A stretch of DNA of 59,449 bases, filler included, from Sphacelaria rigidula (Eukaryota): the NCBI GenBank assembly GCA_964200075.2. It is 8 parts of 8 records of this genome, joined end to end, with 100 filler letters (N's around TTAATTAATTAA, not from the genome) between each part and the next. Parts side by side here need not be neighbours in the genome. Positions count along the whole stretch, not along the records: positions 7,445 to 14,788 come from CAXNAA020015336.1; positions 14,889 to 22,232 come from CAXNAA020015337.1; positions 22,333 to 29,676 come from CAXNAA020015338.1; 5 more parts are not named here. One strand, given 5' to 3'. The notes beneath the pieces were generated by a model that did not search any database, was not told where the DNA came from, and saw only the letters and a list, made by a program, of their open reading frames with translations. Shown here piece by piece: positions 12,429 to 24,972 of the stretch; the stretch's first letter is position 1, and every line of letters begins with the position of its first letter. The position numbers were made by a program, and so were the translations under genes.

Positions 12429-13658
12429 GTGGAGGGTCTGTAGTACAAACTGTAGTATCAACTGTAGTGTAAATTGGTTCATTCATTCCTCCCTCCGTTC
12501 ATTCTTTCTCACAGCCCGTGTTGCACGGAGACAATTGATCATTGCAGTGCTGCGGTGTGGTCGCTGAGCATGTAGAGCCAACCTTTTTTTTCTTCGTGGA
12601 AATCCATGACTCTTTACGTCTCGATCGTAGTTTACCCTTATCCTCATTTATTACAGGCTGGGCCGGCCTGGACGCGCATTTGTGGTTTGCAGACCTCCTC
12701 TCACCTCAATTTTACGAGTTAGACTTCGAAATTTGGTAGGGAGGAAGAATAGGGCATGCTACTGTAGAACGCTGTCGCTTGGGACGCATTTTTGTTTTTG
12801 GTGAGTTAATGACAATAATCAGTATCTAGATATCAGGAAAATACAATTCTGTAGATCGCGCGAGAATTCGCTCAATAGGTGTTCTTGTGGTCGATCAGGC
12901 CGCGTGCTTGTCCCTCAGCCGGCCGAGCCAAGGAGTACGAGAGTATGACACAACCCGAGAAAGAAAGAGTACCGGCACTGCTGCAGGTAATGTAATTCCT
13001 GTTCGTGGGCGTTTTTAGCCGCTTAACGACTTGTGGCAGTTGTACGTACTGAATTCACTGGGCGGCAACGTGATGCTGGGGAATATATTCTGGGCTTTGG
13101 TTGTGATATGTACGAGCTGGGCCAGCTGACGGTGATTTTTGAATGAAGAATGGTGATGCGATTGGTAATTCGAAGAGTTGGGCGCTGAAATTTTGACACA
13201 TTTTCGTCATCATCCTGCGCAACATTATTGGGGGTTGCAAAGGAGAAAAATAAATTAAAGGAAGTTGAAGCGAGTTGAAGTTTCAGCAAAAACAGAAAAT
13301 CTATAATTTCGTGAAAAATGCTATAATTCCGTGAAAAAATTATGAATATTGCTGCACCCCGAACAAAATTGTGATCACTCGCGTCCATGACATCGTGTTG
13401 AAGTTTCGGCCAATAATGCCTCAAATTGGGCGCCGTATCGCACTTTTCGTGTGACACGGCCGCGCCACTTTAATCCAAGTGATACAGGGGACTCCGATTG
13501 TGGAGGTAATGAGTTCGAATCCTGACATTTTTTTTTTTCTTTCAGCGGCGGTGCCGTGTGTTACCAGGTTGGTCTGCAGTTCACAGCGATACGCTCAAGT
13601 CGCGCTGACTTGGGAAACTGAGAAATTGTGATGTGGGAAGCGAATGCAGGATTTACTG

Positions 13659-14050
13659 CTGGCCCAGGTCGTATCCTATCTTCACTCGTGACATATTACT
13701 GTGACGCCGATACATTGGGATATGTCGGTATTGATATCTTCCAATTTTGTGCGATATCTCGATACTACATCGTATTTCGTATGCCGCGATATATCGGGCC
13801 CTAGGTGCTATGTTTCGCGACACATCACGGGATTTGAGATACAGTATGTGGAATTTTTTCGTTGAACACCAGGTTTCTTTGAGATTCTAGATGTCTTGGC
13901 AAAATTTAGTGAATATTCCGAATGTCGTATCCGATTTCATGCGATATCACGATGCGATATCCGATATATCGTGTCGTGATATCGCGATTCACAGCTTATG
14001 TCGGATATCATATCGCACCGTTTTTCATTTCTCGATACGCATCACCAGCT
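13659..14050. repeat. CGATAT-rich MITE-like repeat
   Basis: Imperfect inverted ends GCTGG..CGTATC / GATACG..CCAGC and many CGATAT/ATATCG motifs. The 5' end recurs at about 38176. Confidence 0.4.
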
Positions 14051-14377
14051 TTCGGACTGTTGAAAACATCGTGTGTGCTGTGATCATGTGGGAGCTCACT
14101 CTGATGGCGCGCGTTTATATAAATGGGCAAAGGAAATCTTGAAACCTGTGTGTGGAGTGCAGGGTGGAGTCCTTGAAAGCATATCGGCCCTAAGATGACA
14201 CAGGGTGTAGCAGTTTGCTTTGCTCTTCCAGCAAAGAAGATCTCGGATGATTCGGCGCACCGCAAGGATAACCCTGTATATTTCGCAGCAGCTATGATCA
14301 CGATTCGCCCGCCGTGCCTCGGTGGTCCACTGATTGACTGACGGGCGCGTCTAGCTTCTTCTTTTTTTTCTGACTAA

Positions 14378-14569
14378 GGGCGGGTCTTGGCACATCAGGT
14401 TTCGATCGAAAATATGCGGTGGAAAACAAAAATCCCTATCTGAGAGGTCGTAATTTCAACCATCGTCCAAAAGTTTGAAAATGGTTGAAATCACAACCGA
14501 TCAGATCAGGATTTTGGTTTTTCACTGCACTTTTCCGATCGAAGATTGATGTGCGAAGTAAGACACAGC
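14378..14569. mobile_element. Tourist-like (PIF/Harbinger-type) palindromic MITE
   Basis: Long imperfect TIRs GGGCGGGTCTTGGCACATC..CGATCGAAAA, flanked by TAA on both sides. Relatives at 37936-38111 and about 52200-52361. Confidence 0.65.
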
Positions 14570-14724
14570 TAAATATTGTGATATTTGTCGTTGAAAGCAC
14601 GAGGACCTGAGTACCAAAACAAAAAAGTGTGTTTGAGTTTGTTTGAGGTTTGACGACAGTCACCGCGGTGCGGGAATGGTCATCATCCAATCAATCCGCG
14701 AGACCAAAACGCAGCATGAGTATC

Positions 14725-14788
14725 GGGGGGCGTACTCATTTGTTGCTTGCCTTAGTCATTTGACCATTGACCACGCATCCCTTTCGAG
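14725..14788 (-). repeat. LINE 3'-end mini-copy, subfamily A (cut by the contig end)
   Basis: Reverse complement CTCGAAAGGGATGCGTGGTCAATGGTCAAATGACTAAGGCAAGCAACAAATGAGTACGCCCCCC. Confidence 0.8.
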
Positions 14789-14888
14789 NNNNNNNNNNNN
14801 NNNNNNNNNNNNNNNNNNNNNNNNNNNNNNNNTTAATTAATTAANNNNNNNNNNNNNNNNNNNNNNNNNNNNNNNNNNNNNNNNNNNN
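14789..14888. other. Artificial contig linker
   Basis: N44-TTAATTAATTAA-N44. Confidence 0.98.
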
Positions 14889-17853
14889 TATGGCCAATGC
14901 TCCTGCACCTTCGACTACTGCGCCAATCGCAGCGACTGCCCCTTCTACAGCAGCCGATATTGACACGGATGCCGAGAGCACCCGTGTCACGCCCCCCGCT
15001 CCCCGTGCGGCGGCCCCCGCGGATTCCGCCACGGCGGATCACGGCCGCGCCCCTGTCATGGCCGCCTCGGCGACATCGGCTCCTTCGCCACCAAACCCCA
15101 CTGCCTCAGGCTCGGCTCCGGCGCCTGCCTCCGAGCCCGACACGGACGATCGCCCCTTGCTAGGCGTCGAGCATTACCCGTCGGGCCTTCCGCCCCGGCT
15201 CTGGCTTCATGGCACCCGCGCTGAACAGCAACAAATTTTGGCTGAATACCGAGTTTTCGACCCAACCACGACCCTGGCGCCACCTTCGCCCCGACAACTG
15301 GTGGACAACGCCGCTCCCCGTCTCCTTCCGGACGACCTCGCGGAACGACTGGCGCGCCAACGCCAGGTCGTTGATTCGGCATCCAGCCGTCAGCGGGCGG
15401 CGCAACGTACCCTCGCTTAACGCCTCGCTACGCTCGACCAGGTACAGGATTCCGTACGCCGCGATGAACATCGTCTCCGTCAATGCGAGACCGCGACCGA
15501 AACTGCGACTACGGCTCTTCGTTCCATGGAACAAGAACACCATCTTCCTCTGCTCCGGACCACGCCGGCAGAGCCTGCACCTGCCGCCGCTATTCCTGGC
15601 TCTCGAACCGACCGCGAGCCTTCGCGCTCACGCGCTACTGCCGCGGCTTCTGCGGCCTCGCCCCCGCTCCCCCCGTCTGCACCACTGCAAGCCCCTCGGG
15701 CTTCGGCGCCCCCCGCTGCCACGCCCGGGCTGCACCTGCAAAGTAGCGAACGTGCTTGATTCAGTTGGACGCTCCGTCAACTTTCGGGGGAGTACAATCG
15801 CAACAACGTACTCCACACCTCTGAGCAGGCTTGGAGCTCCCTCATCCTGCCCGTCACTGGTGTGATCGTCCCCTTCCTCCAACAAGGTGGACAGCTCCCG
15901 CGCAACGACCCCGGCGCTCTCACCATTGAACGGATCGTGTTTCATCTCACGATTGGTATCGGGGACGCTCGTTCTCAATATGGGACCGCCGTTGCCGCTC
16001 TCTTCGCCGCCATGCGGGCAGCCCGCAACACATTGCCGCCCGACAATGATGGAGCTTGGATCACCCCGCACCCCCCTCGCCGTCGTCATGATGATGACGA
16101 CTCTGACGACGACCCTTCCGGGGCTGCCCCACGCAGTGGGCACGGGCCCCACCGTCTTACCAACAACAATCAACGATCGACTCGCGGCACTCACAAACGG
16201 GCTGGCAACCAGTCTTCGGGTTCGTCGACTGCACGACACCGCCACCACGCTTCAACGCGGACCGACCGGCCCCCCTCCGCCGTCAGGCAAGTAACGCCTC
16301 CTTTGGCTGATGCGTCTGCTCGCATCTTAGGTCTCACGGGTAGTGACAGTGATAAGTCGGCTCGCCCATTGTCTTCCAACTCGGCTCGGTCACTAGCTGC
16401 CGCCGCCGCTGCTCAACAACAAGCTGCGGCTGATAAAGCCGCTGCTGATACTCGTAGAGAAGCTTCTCGTGTCGCCGCGATCAAGCGCGAATATTTGCAG
16501 ATGGACGTCAAGAAATTATGGCATATCAAAACCATGCCTGCTGCAGACAATGAGGACTCTGGTCAGTTTACGTCCGCTCTCATTTCCTCAATGCGTCGAA
16601 TGATGCGCAATATTCTTGAGTTGGCCGATGCAACTGGTTAACAACGTTTCGAAGACTCTGACTGGATCGATGGCTGGCAAACACCGCTGCATAAGGCTTT
16701 GCACCGCTCAATCAGCCGTCGCTCCCCCGACGTTGTTGCCTCTTTGACGCAGATTCTCGATTCCTTCTTCGCCGCCGTGGACCAAGATCGCGCCCGTGGG
16801 CAACCAGCGCCGTTATTATTCAGCAATTTGGAAAGGCGTTTCATAGGGTACTTCGATAGGTCTGATCAGGCAGGCGCCATCAAACGCCTTAGTTCCTTCG
16901 CCGTCGCGACACACGTGCCCTTTGCTGACTACCTCCGCGAGTTTAAGCTTTTGGTGTCGAGTGTGACTGGTACAGGGCGACAGAATGGCCCTTGTGACGC
17001 TATGTGTCAAACATACGTTCGCAGTAGTATCGCTCAGCGATTTCCGACGCTGATGCCGTCTTTATTTCCGGGCGCTTTGACGCACACAGAGGTGCCTTAC
17101 GCCTTCGTAGACGCGATGTGGAATGCGTTTGTAGATCAGGAACACAATTTAACGCCTACCATTCGTGGCGCACAGTGTTCTTCTGGGTCTTCGCAGACCT
17201 CGCGTGCCGCTTCAACGAGTACCTCCGGGCCTCGTTGACGCACTCAGACTTTATCCAATAATACTTGGACACCAAACTCTGTCGGTGGATCGTTCATGCC
17301 TGTTCGTAACAAAAGAGACCCGTTCCGTGCAAGCTTTGATGCTTGGCCTTTTTCGGCAGACACGTTTGATGACGTTTATGTCGTTTCCACGACTGCTTTC
17401 ATCACCGATGACCCACATTTGTGGACCCCCTTGCTATCGCCTTCGGCTCGCAGGGATGCTTTTCGTCGCCATGTTAACACATGCATTAACTGCAATGGTA
17501 CTGGCCACAGTATGCGAGATTGCCCTGAACCTTGCATCAATATTTTTTCGCTCATGAACCCTGAACTTCAGAGCAACAGGCAGGCGTGGCGCCGATGGCA
17601 AAAACGCATGCGCGAGTATACTCCACCTTCTCGCCACCATCGCCAGCCTTACCAAACTCATAGCGACTCTCGCTCAAATCGCGACCGCCGCCACACCACT
17701 AACACAGTCTCAGGGACTCGCCATAGAGATGGTGCTTTCCGCCCTTCTCAGTCTTCGCATGGTCATCACCAGCGAACAGGGCCGACTCACCACAACACCA
17801 ACCCCAATGCCAGAAACCCTGGTTCTTTCATGACGGATCGCAACGACCCATGA
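14889..17853 (+). mobile_element. Ty3/gypsy gag-like region with in-frame stops
   Basis: ORFs starting at 14890, 15526, 15862, 16699 and 17296 share one frame. Capsid-like FADYLREFKLLVS and zinc knuckle CINCNGTGHSMRDC. Homologous to 48040-51939. Confidence 0.85.
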
Positions 17854-17862
17854 CACGCCGAC

Positions 17863-20800
17863 GTGAAGTCTTCGGCGCCGCCGATAGCAGAATCGAAGAC
17901 TCATTCAACACACAACAACACTCGGGTGACAACACGTTCTCACCCATCACTATTCAGAAGATCAATTAACGGTCGTTCTTATCGACCCACGTCTTTATTT
18001 TCATCTACGCAGCGTAACCGTTGTGTTGACTCACAACCCAGCTCTATGCTTGGCTCCAGAATTGGTCCTCCGGAACTAAGTATAAATCTGAGGTGTGGGA
18101 AGACCAACCGCGGACCCTTGAGGCACAGGCTTCCCTCAACGACCGCACGCACCGGTTGTAGCAGACTTCTTTCACCTGGTTCTGGTGTTGATGGTTCAAA
18201 ACTGACCACTTCAAACCTTTCGACTCCCGCCCGGCCTGATCGTAGTCGTTTTTCGCGACACTCTTCTTCCGCGAAACTACCCCGACATACAGCGGACAAC
18301 ACTCGTCCCCTTTCACATTCAGCAGTGCCCTTTGTACCGAGCTTGCCAGCGGACAGTCCACAAGTTTCGGCCGAACATGCACCGATGTTGACAACATCAT
18401 CTCAACTGGACGCAGTTGCAGTTTCCAAAGAAGTCTTGGAAGTTCCCAGTCATTTGTCATGGCACGAGAGGAAGCCTCGTCGTCATGCCCCCACGGAAGC
18501 GCGAGCATTGACACGCCCCCCTCCCGTCAGAGGAAAATTCCGACCTCATTTTCCCCCAAAAGCGGCGACTTTGAAATCGATGACATTGCCAGGCATCCCA
18601 GAGGAATCCAAATCGGACCTTTCAGACGGTACCGCATCCTTCACCGATGACCCCTGTCGCACTCCGCAGCAATCTCTCTTCAACAATGCTCCTTGTACTT
18701 CCAAGCCAGTGATCTACGAGATTGATCAAAATCATTATTTACGCTGCCCTTCACGACCGGATAAGCCCCCCACCATGTCTACCGATACCTTCGAACCCCC
18801 TGCGGATCACCCGCCATCCGTTTTCAAAGTCAGTCCAACTAATCCTGACCAGTTCACGTTATCTGAACATGGCCCTGACCTTGTTGGTGGTAAGGTGCCC
18901 GTCGATCCTGCCACCTTCACTACCCACGTAGCATTACACTGCGGTCCTTACGCCACCGCGCGTGTTAGGTGCGTCTCGTTGCTAGACAGCGGACGTCCAC
19001 AGACATTCATCAAAGAATCCATGTGGAATCATATGAAGCAGACTAGCGCTGCTTCCGATGCCTGCGAAATCACCACCCAACCTCGCGTTTGGGGCGGTTT
19101 CGGCGACTCAAACTTACCCTTGACGACACGAAAATCTGTTCGTCTTAGTGTGCAATTTTCCCACCACGATACACGTTCGGCTAGTCTCGCAGTCTGGGCT
19201 TACATTGTCCCAGATAGCACCATGCATCATGCTCTCCTTTTTGGCAGAGATAGCTATATGCGGTTCGACCAACGTACGTACCGCACCCTCCCACCATTAT
19301 CGCCTCAGTCGGCGCCTCGTGGAGAGCTCCAACTGGAACACTTTGGTACCCTCAATGGTGCCTTAGCCTACAAAAAGAACGAGCAGGCTACTGGAGCGAC
19401 TCATCACCTTCGGTACAATGGCAGTTCCGGTGTCACCCTTTCCGACGAGCCTCAACTCTTGGAAGTTTCGCTTGTTCGCCGCAACGGCATGCCTGCCCTC
19501 ACCGGCCACTACCTTGCAGAATTACTGCCTAAAGTCGGTGCTCCCGCTGGCACTGAGCATTTTGTCTCGGACGGCGACCAACTCCTGCCTCTCACAGGCC
19601 ATGCTAATTTGGAACCTGGCGATGTCTTGGGCATCGCCGCGGCTCCTCTTATGCACATTCCTCTAGAAACCTGTGTCGCCGACCCTCCGGCGCCTGATCC
19701 TACGCCGCCGACTGACGGCTTTGTTCACTGCATCGATGAGCCATACTTCAACCTTTCCGCCCCATCGCCGACTCCGATTTCTGCGGTGGAACCCGACAGA
19801 CCCCCTGCTGAACCTCCTGATGAAGTGCTTCAACGCTTGTCAGTCGATTCTCGGGAACATTTCTTGCAAATGTGGCACCAACTTCCACCTCATTTGCGTG
19901 ATATTCATTTCGATCTACATGGTCCGGGCTGGGAACCCGCCGTCATCCAAGAGCTACAAGATGTTCTCCTGGAATATCAGGACAGATTTTCACGATCCAA
20001 GACGGATCTCGGGCATTATAAAACATTGCCATTCGAGATAACACTGCAACCTGGCGTTTCGCCAATCTCATCTCGACCATATCGAACGAATCCCCTCCTC
20101 ACCAAAAAAGTCAATGCTATTTTGGATGCCTACTTAGGAGCTGGTCTGATTCAACACTCGTCTTCGCCATGGGCCTCACCCCTCGTGGTCGTCCCCAGAA
20201 AAGATGGCAACATACGCATTACCGTGAACTACAAACGGCTGAACCGCGTCACTGTCGTGGGAAAACTCCCCATACCTCGCATCGACGAAGTCTTCGACTC
20301 TCTTGGCGAAGGAAAAATATTCAGCACTTTCGATCTGGCCTCTGGATTTTTCCAAAATGCAATTCACCCCGATACAGTTCCCTTGACAGCGTTCTGTACA
20401 TCTTCAGGGCTTTTTGAATGGCTTCGTATGCCACAAGGCGCTGCCACCGCACCTGGCTGCTTTCAACGCCTCATGCAACGCGTTACTGACGGTCTAGAGC
20501 ATGTTATCATGTATCTAGACGATGCTATCGCTTTTGATGCCTCCCCCAAGGCGCATGTTCGCACTCTACGGGAATTTCTCTCCCGCTTCCGTACACACGA
20601 CTTGAAATTGTCTCCACCCAAAGCTCGACTCGGAGCCACTGAATTGGATTTCTTGGGACACTCTATCTCTCCTGCTGGATTGCACCCCAACACGAACAAG
20701 GTCAAAGCCATGACAGATCTGCCTATGCCCACCAACATTTCGCAGCTTCGCTCGCTGTTAGGCGGACTTTCACACTATCGCAAATTTTTGCCCAACTTGT

Positions 20801-22232
20801 CCAAGCGGATCCGCCCCATCACCGATTTACTGAAGAAAAACGCCCCGTTTGTCTTCACTAAAGACATGGAGGCCACCGTCCGTGAACTGCTCAAAACACT
20901 GACCGAAAAAACGGTTCTTTGTTTTCCGGATTGGGATGCGGTACAAGACGGTTCACGTCTTTTCCAACTACACACCGATGCTAGCACAGATGGGTTCGGC
21001 GCCGTTTTGAATCAGCCTCAACTGGATGGCTCTGTCCGACCTATTTTGTACATCAGCCGCGCGACCCTTCCAAATGAGGCAAACTGGAGTCCCCTCGAAC
21101 TCGAAGGCGGAGTTATCACTTGGGCTATTAAAAGGCTTCGACAGTACTTGTTCCACGTGCCTTTCCACATCTATACAGATCACGGAGCTCTTGAACAACT
21201 CGCTAAGGTTGGAGAACATAACCCCCGCGTACAACGATGGCTGGAATTCTTGACTGCCTACCAGTACACTGTTAGACACCGTCCGGGCAAAACCAACGGC
21301 AATGCTGACCTTCTTTCGCGATTACCCCTACCTCCTACAGCGGTAGATTTCAGCCCCGCTTGCCGGTTGACTGAACCTGACGAACCAGGCGTCTACCCCA
21401 TCCGGCGTTTTTCTACGCCCATCTACGCGCTCGACCTGCAATGCCCCGAAACAGGTCTGCACATGGGTGGCCCCCGCCCTCTACCCCCTGATACAGTCTT
21501 GGATGGCTTAGCGCACACGGCTGCTGATTTTGCCGACTTTCGCACTCTCGGCCCTCGTGCGCACATCTCGGTGCCGCCACCACCAACTGTTCACCTCATC
21601 TCCGACAACACGCGCTCTCGGCAGCTCGTGCCGATTCTTCGCGGATTGTAATGCCCCCACCATCGCCGACCGCGCGTAGCAATACGTCGTCGCCGCCGCC
21701 TTGTGCCCCCACGAACCGCACCACGCCTTCAACAACTGGCCGTGTGCCCAGTGTTGTACCAACACCGCCCGCACCCCGTGTGCGCCCAACGCGTCGATCG
21801 CGTTCACCAGTTCGCGCTACACCCACGTCGCCTTCTGGGAATCTTCCAGCACCTGCGCCTCTGGCTCGTGATACACATGCGTCAGATCCGCTCCCGGGTC
21901 AACACGTTGACGTCGGCATACCTGCTTCTTCACCTGTCCCACCACCTCCTGAGCCACCGTGCCTGGTTGGCTCTCCGGCTGAAGGCCAACTTCGGGAATT
22001 TCTCGCTAGCTACTCTCACTACGACTGGGCTCGCGATCAACAACAGGACCCGCTCTGTCGTGCGACAATGCGGTACTTGAGGCTTCACTGCCCCACCCCT
22101 TTCCCGTCGGAAATCCTGACCACCGTAGGCCCTTTACCCGCTCCCGCCGCCTCTGATGTGCTCGAGCTGGCACGCAAAGGTACCGTCTTCACGACTGACG
22201 AGGACGTTCATCTGCTTGTTCGGAGACCCAAA
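17863..22232 (+). mobile_element. pol: Ty3/gypsy pol: aspartic protease, reverse transcriptase, RNase H, linker and start of the integrase region
   Basis: LLDSG (PR); SSPWASPLVVVPRKDGNIRITVNYKRLN, FSTFDLASGFFQ, RMPQG, YLDD (RT); LHTDAS..ELE..YTDH..NADLLSR (RNase H). The frame changes near 21650, then QQQDPLC follows. PR-RT-RH-IN order is that of gypsy. Confidence 0.97.
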
Positions 22233-22332
22233 NNNNNNNNNNNNNNNNNNNNNNNNNNNNNNNNNNNNNNNNNNNNTTAATTAATTAANNNNNNNNNNNN
22301 NNNNNNNNNNNNNNNNNNNNNNNNNNNNNNNN
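22233..22332. other. Artificial contig linker
   Basis: N44-TTAATTAATTAA-N44. Confidence 0.98.
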
Positions 22333-23278
22333 CACCAGCAAGGCAGCCAACGAAACAATTTTGGAGACAAGATTGTCCCTCAATTGGACAGGACCATTCA
22401 AGATCCTGACAGTCGGACCATCGTCATCATCACCGGATGGAAAACCCGTTGGTGACAAACTGCTCTATCTCGACTTGCCTCACGACTTCCAGGGCAAAGA
22501 TACCAAGCCCCGCGTCTCCGTGCACAGATGCAAACCCTGCACGAACCCGCATGACACAAGCGACATGCCCAAGTACCTGGCGGCCGGACTCACGCAGTAC
22601 GTTCTCAACAGCTACTCGACCAAGTCCCCGCCCTACCACGTTACAGCCGACGACGTGACGGAACAGCCCCTTCGCTTGACTGTGTCCTCCATTTCCGGCC
22701 ACCAGATAACCCGTGGTCGAGGAGGCAAGATCGCTGTCATGTGTAAGACACACTGGCACGGTCTTCGGAGAGCGTCTTGGGAACGCGAATCCGACCTGCA
22801 ATTGCACCGTCGTGTAATTCTCCTTTACTTGACGCAATCCCAACATCAGCATCTTGCTCACAACAAGAAATATCGCAACATGCGCCGTGGCGCAGCACCC
22901 TGCGAACTTCACCGCAACCAGGGACTACGCTTTGTCGCCGATGGTTACGAACTTGTACTCTCCAAGACTTGTAACACGAAGTTCTTTGCGAACCAGCGAC
23001 TCCTGCCCAAGGGCAGCTACGTTTGGTTCAAAGGCAGCGACAGCCTTTGGTGGTTGGGTCAGACCCACTCCGCTAACCTGGTGTCGGCCGACACATACAT
23101 CGTGCGCTTCATCGATGACCCTGGACCCATACAGCTCAAGCTTCGGCCAGCACTTTACACCACCAGCCCATCTGCACCCCGCGGGTCCTGGTGTCTCCAG
23201 CGCCTCAAGTCCAAAGGACTTCGCCGCGGTCTCCAGCGCAACATCGACCACACCCACGACGTTCACGCCCCGCTTTGA
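22333..23278 (+). mobile_element. Ty3/gypsy integrase C-terminus (GPF, chromodomain, Tudor/PWWP-like), open frame
   Basis: Uninterrupted 305-aa ORF, collinear with 394-1339. Confidence 0.9.
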
Positions 23279-23892
23279 ACTACGCTTCTTTGTCGTGACT
23301 GTTGCCCCCCCCCCGTTTTTTCCAGTAAGCATTTTGTGCCCCCCCCCCCCTCTCCACCAGGATTCTCTTCTACTACACCACAATCGCGCGACCTACATCG
23401 GACAACGATCAAGAACTACTGACACGACCGCTACCTACGACTACTAGAGCCAAAGTATCCCCTCCATCCGGCGCTCGATCTCGTTGGATCACCGATTTTC
23501 AGATTTTCGGTCTTGCAGTTTTCAGTACCTTTGGGTTCCCCCAGGTTGAAGCTCTGCTCCCTGTTGTTCCTCCCTGTTTTCCCCTTAACGTTTGCTAAGA
23601 CGCCGAAGCAATTTGTGCTTCTTCGTTGATCGCTAGCACGCCGAGGCAGTTTATGCGTACGCGTTTCTGAGCAGTTTGTTTCTCTGCTCCTCGGAGTAGT
23701 CTATGCTTCCCTTCTTTTGAGGTGTGGGAGTGGGTACAGGATTGTTGGTATGGAAATGTTAGGTACGGGAGTGTTCCTTTGGTTATGCTTTATTAGCCGC
23801 TCATGACTTGATGAGTGAAGAAAAACCTTAGTTTTCGCTGCTTTGAGGATAAATCCTCGCAGCTGTAATAACGGTTCGTCTGGGTGGGTTAA

Positions 23893-24403
23893 TGTTATGA
23901 AGATGCATACTAACCTGTTGTCATGCCGCTTCAGACCCGTTGTCGAAGTCTGGCTTTCGTTGTCGAAGTCTGGCTTTCGGTAATATTGGGAATCCCGGTA
24001 GACAAGTGTACAGGTCTGTTCAAAGTTGGTCGGAGACGAATGTGAACCTGTATAATTACAGGGATGGCTTGTCTTTGATCGTGCTTCACGATCAAAGCCC
24101 CCCCCACCAACCACTGTCAACTGCTCCCCTCTGCCAGCCAGCAAAAGGAAGTCTAACCATCGGTGAGAGATATTGGCTGGTCTGGGTTGGATTGATTGAG
24201 TGGGTATCGGAGCTAGAATGAAGATCATTAAGAGAGAAGTAAAGAACCTATTGCGTGAACCTCGTTTGATAACTGGATACTGAGCAGGCCACACGGTATC
24301 TACAAGCTGTAACAGCCTGATGGTTTTACACTTGCCTGCCAAGCTTGTGCCTTGGGTTGCAAGTTGTGTCCTTGCATTATACTGCCACTTGCTTTTCATC
24401 ACA
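23893..24403 (+). repeat. 3' LTR of the gypsy element
   Basis: TGTTATGAAG...CATCACA, preceded by GGGTGGGTTAA. Closely similar to 45539-46364, and the similarity stops at both termini. Confidence 0.88.
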
Positions 24404-24721
24404 AACAGCAAACGTGGGCCGGTGAGTGGCCTGCCAAATGCTGTTCTTCATTTTCACCGAACCGGTTACTCAACGGCCCATTCGGCGGCCAATATGTATA
24501 GTTGGAGCCTAGGATTTGGGCTGGGCAATGAAAAGAGCATGATAAAATAAGTTTAGCATAAACCCAATCAGTTTTCTTTCGAGTTCGAAGCAATAATCAG
24601 TGTATACGTATCCTTAAAATGCCGTGCAATCATGGAAAAAACAATAATGCGTCCATGTATAATTTCATTTTGTAGGCCCTACAGGCTGGTTCACGCTTTT
24701 CACTCAAAAAACACTCGTCGG

Positions 24722-24972
24722 CAAACCTTCACGTCGTTTTAAGGAGTTAGACCCTGACATTTTGCACGAATGTTCTATGGGTCATTACGCAACTCTGCAG
24801 AGACGTTTATCAGGGGTCCCAGTCGTTTTGGGAAACCTCGGCCAAATTGGACCTCCGTAAAACGGTAACAAAAAAATAAAATAAAACCCCGTTCCTGCAA
24901 AGTTGCGCCATGTCCCGAAGCATGGTTATGCAAAATTTCAGGATCTTACTCCTTAAAACGGCGTAAAGTTTC
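24722..24972. repeat. Imperfect inverted repeat / old foldback element
   Basis: CGTTTTAAGGAGTTAGACCCTGACATTTTGCA..CGCAACTCTGCAG is mirrored at 24890-24970. Confidence 0.6.

Noticed and set aside
12880-12987. Next exon of the PPR gene
   Set aside because: It is open with AG/GT ends but has no PPR motif, so it cannot be supported.
13465-13530. Second tRNA-like sequence (GAGTTCGAATCC plus T-run)
   Set aside because: Only a B-box-like motif; no convincing A-box or cloverleaf.
14889-24403. One contiguous near-complete retrotransposon
   Set aside because: It crosses an artificial linker between size-sorted contigs, and the integrase catalytic core is missing.
23701-24411. Antisense ORF across the LTR (also 45872-46603)
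   Set aside because: The similarity is explained by LTR identity. The frames diverge at an indel and no domain is recognisable.
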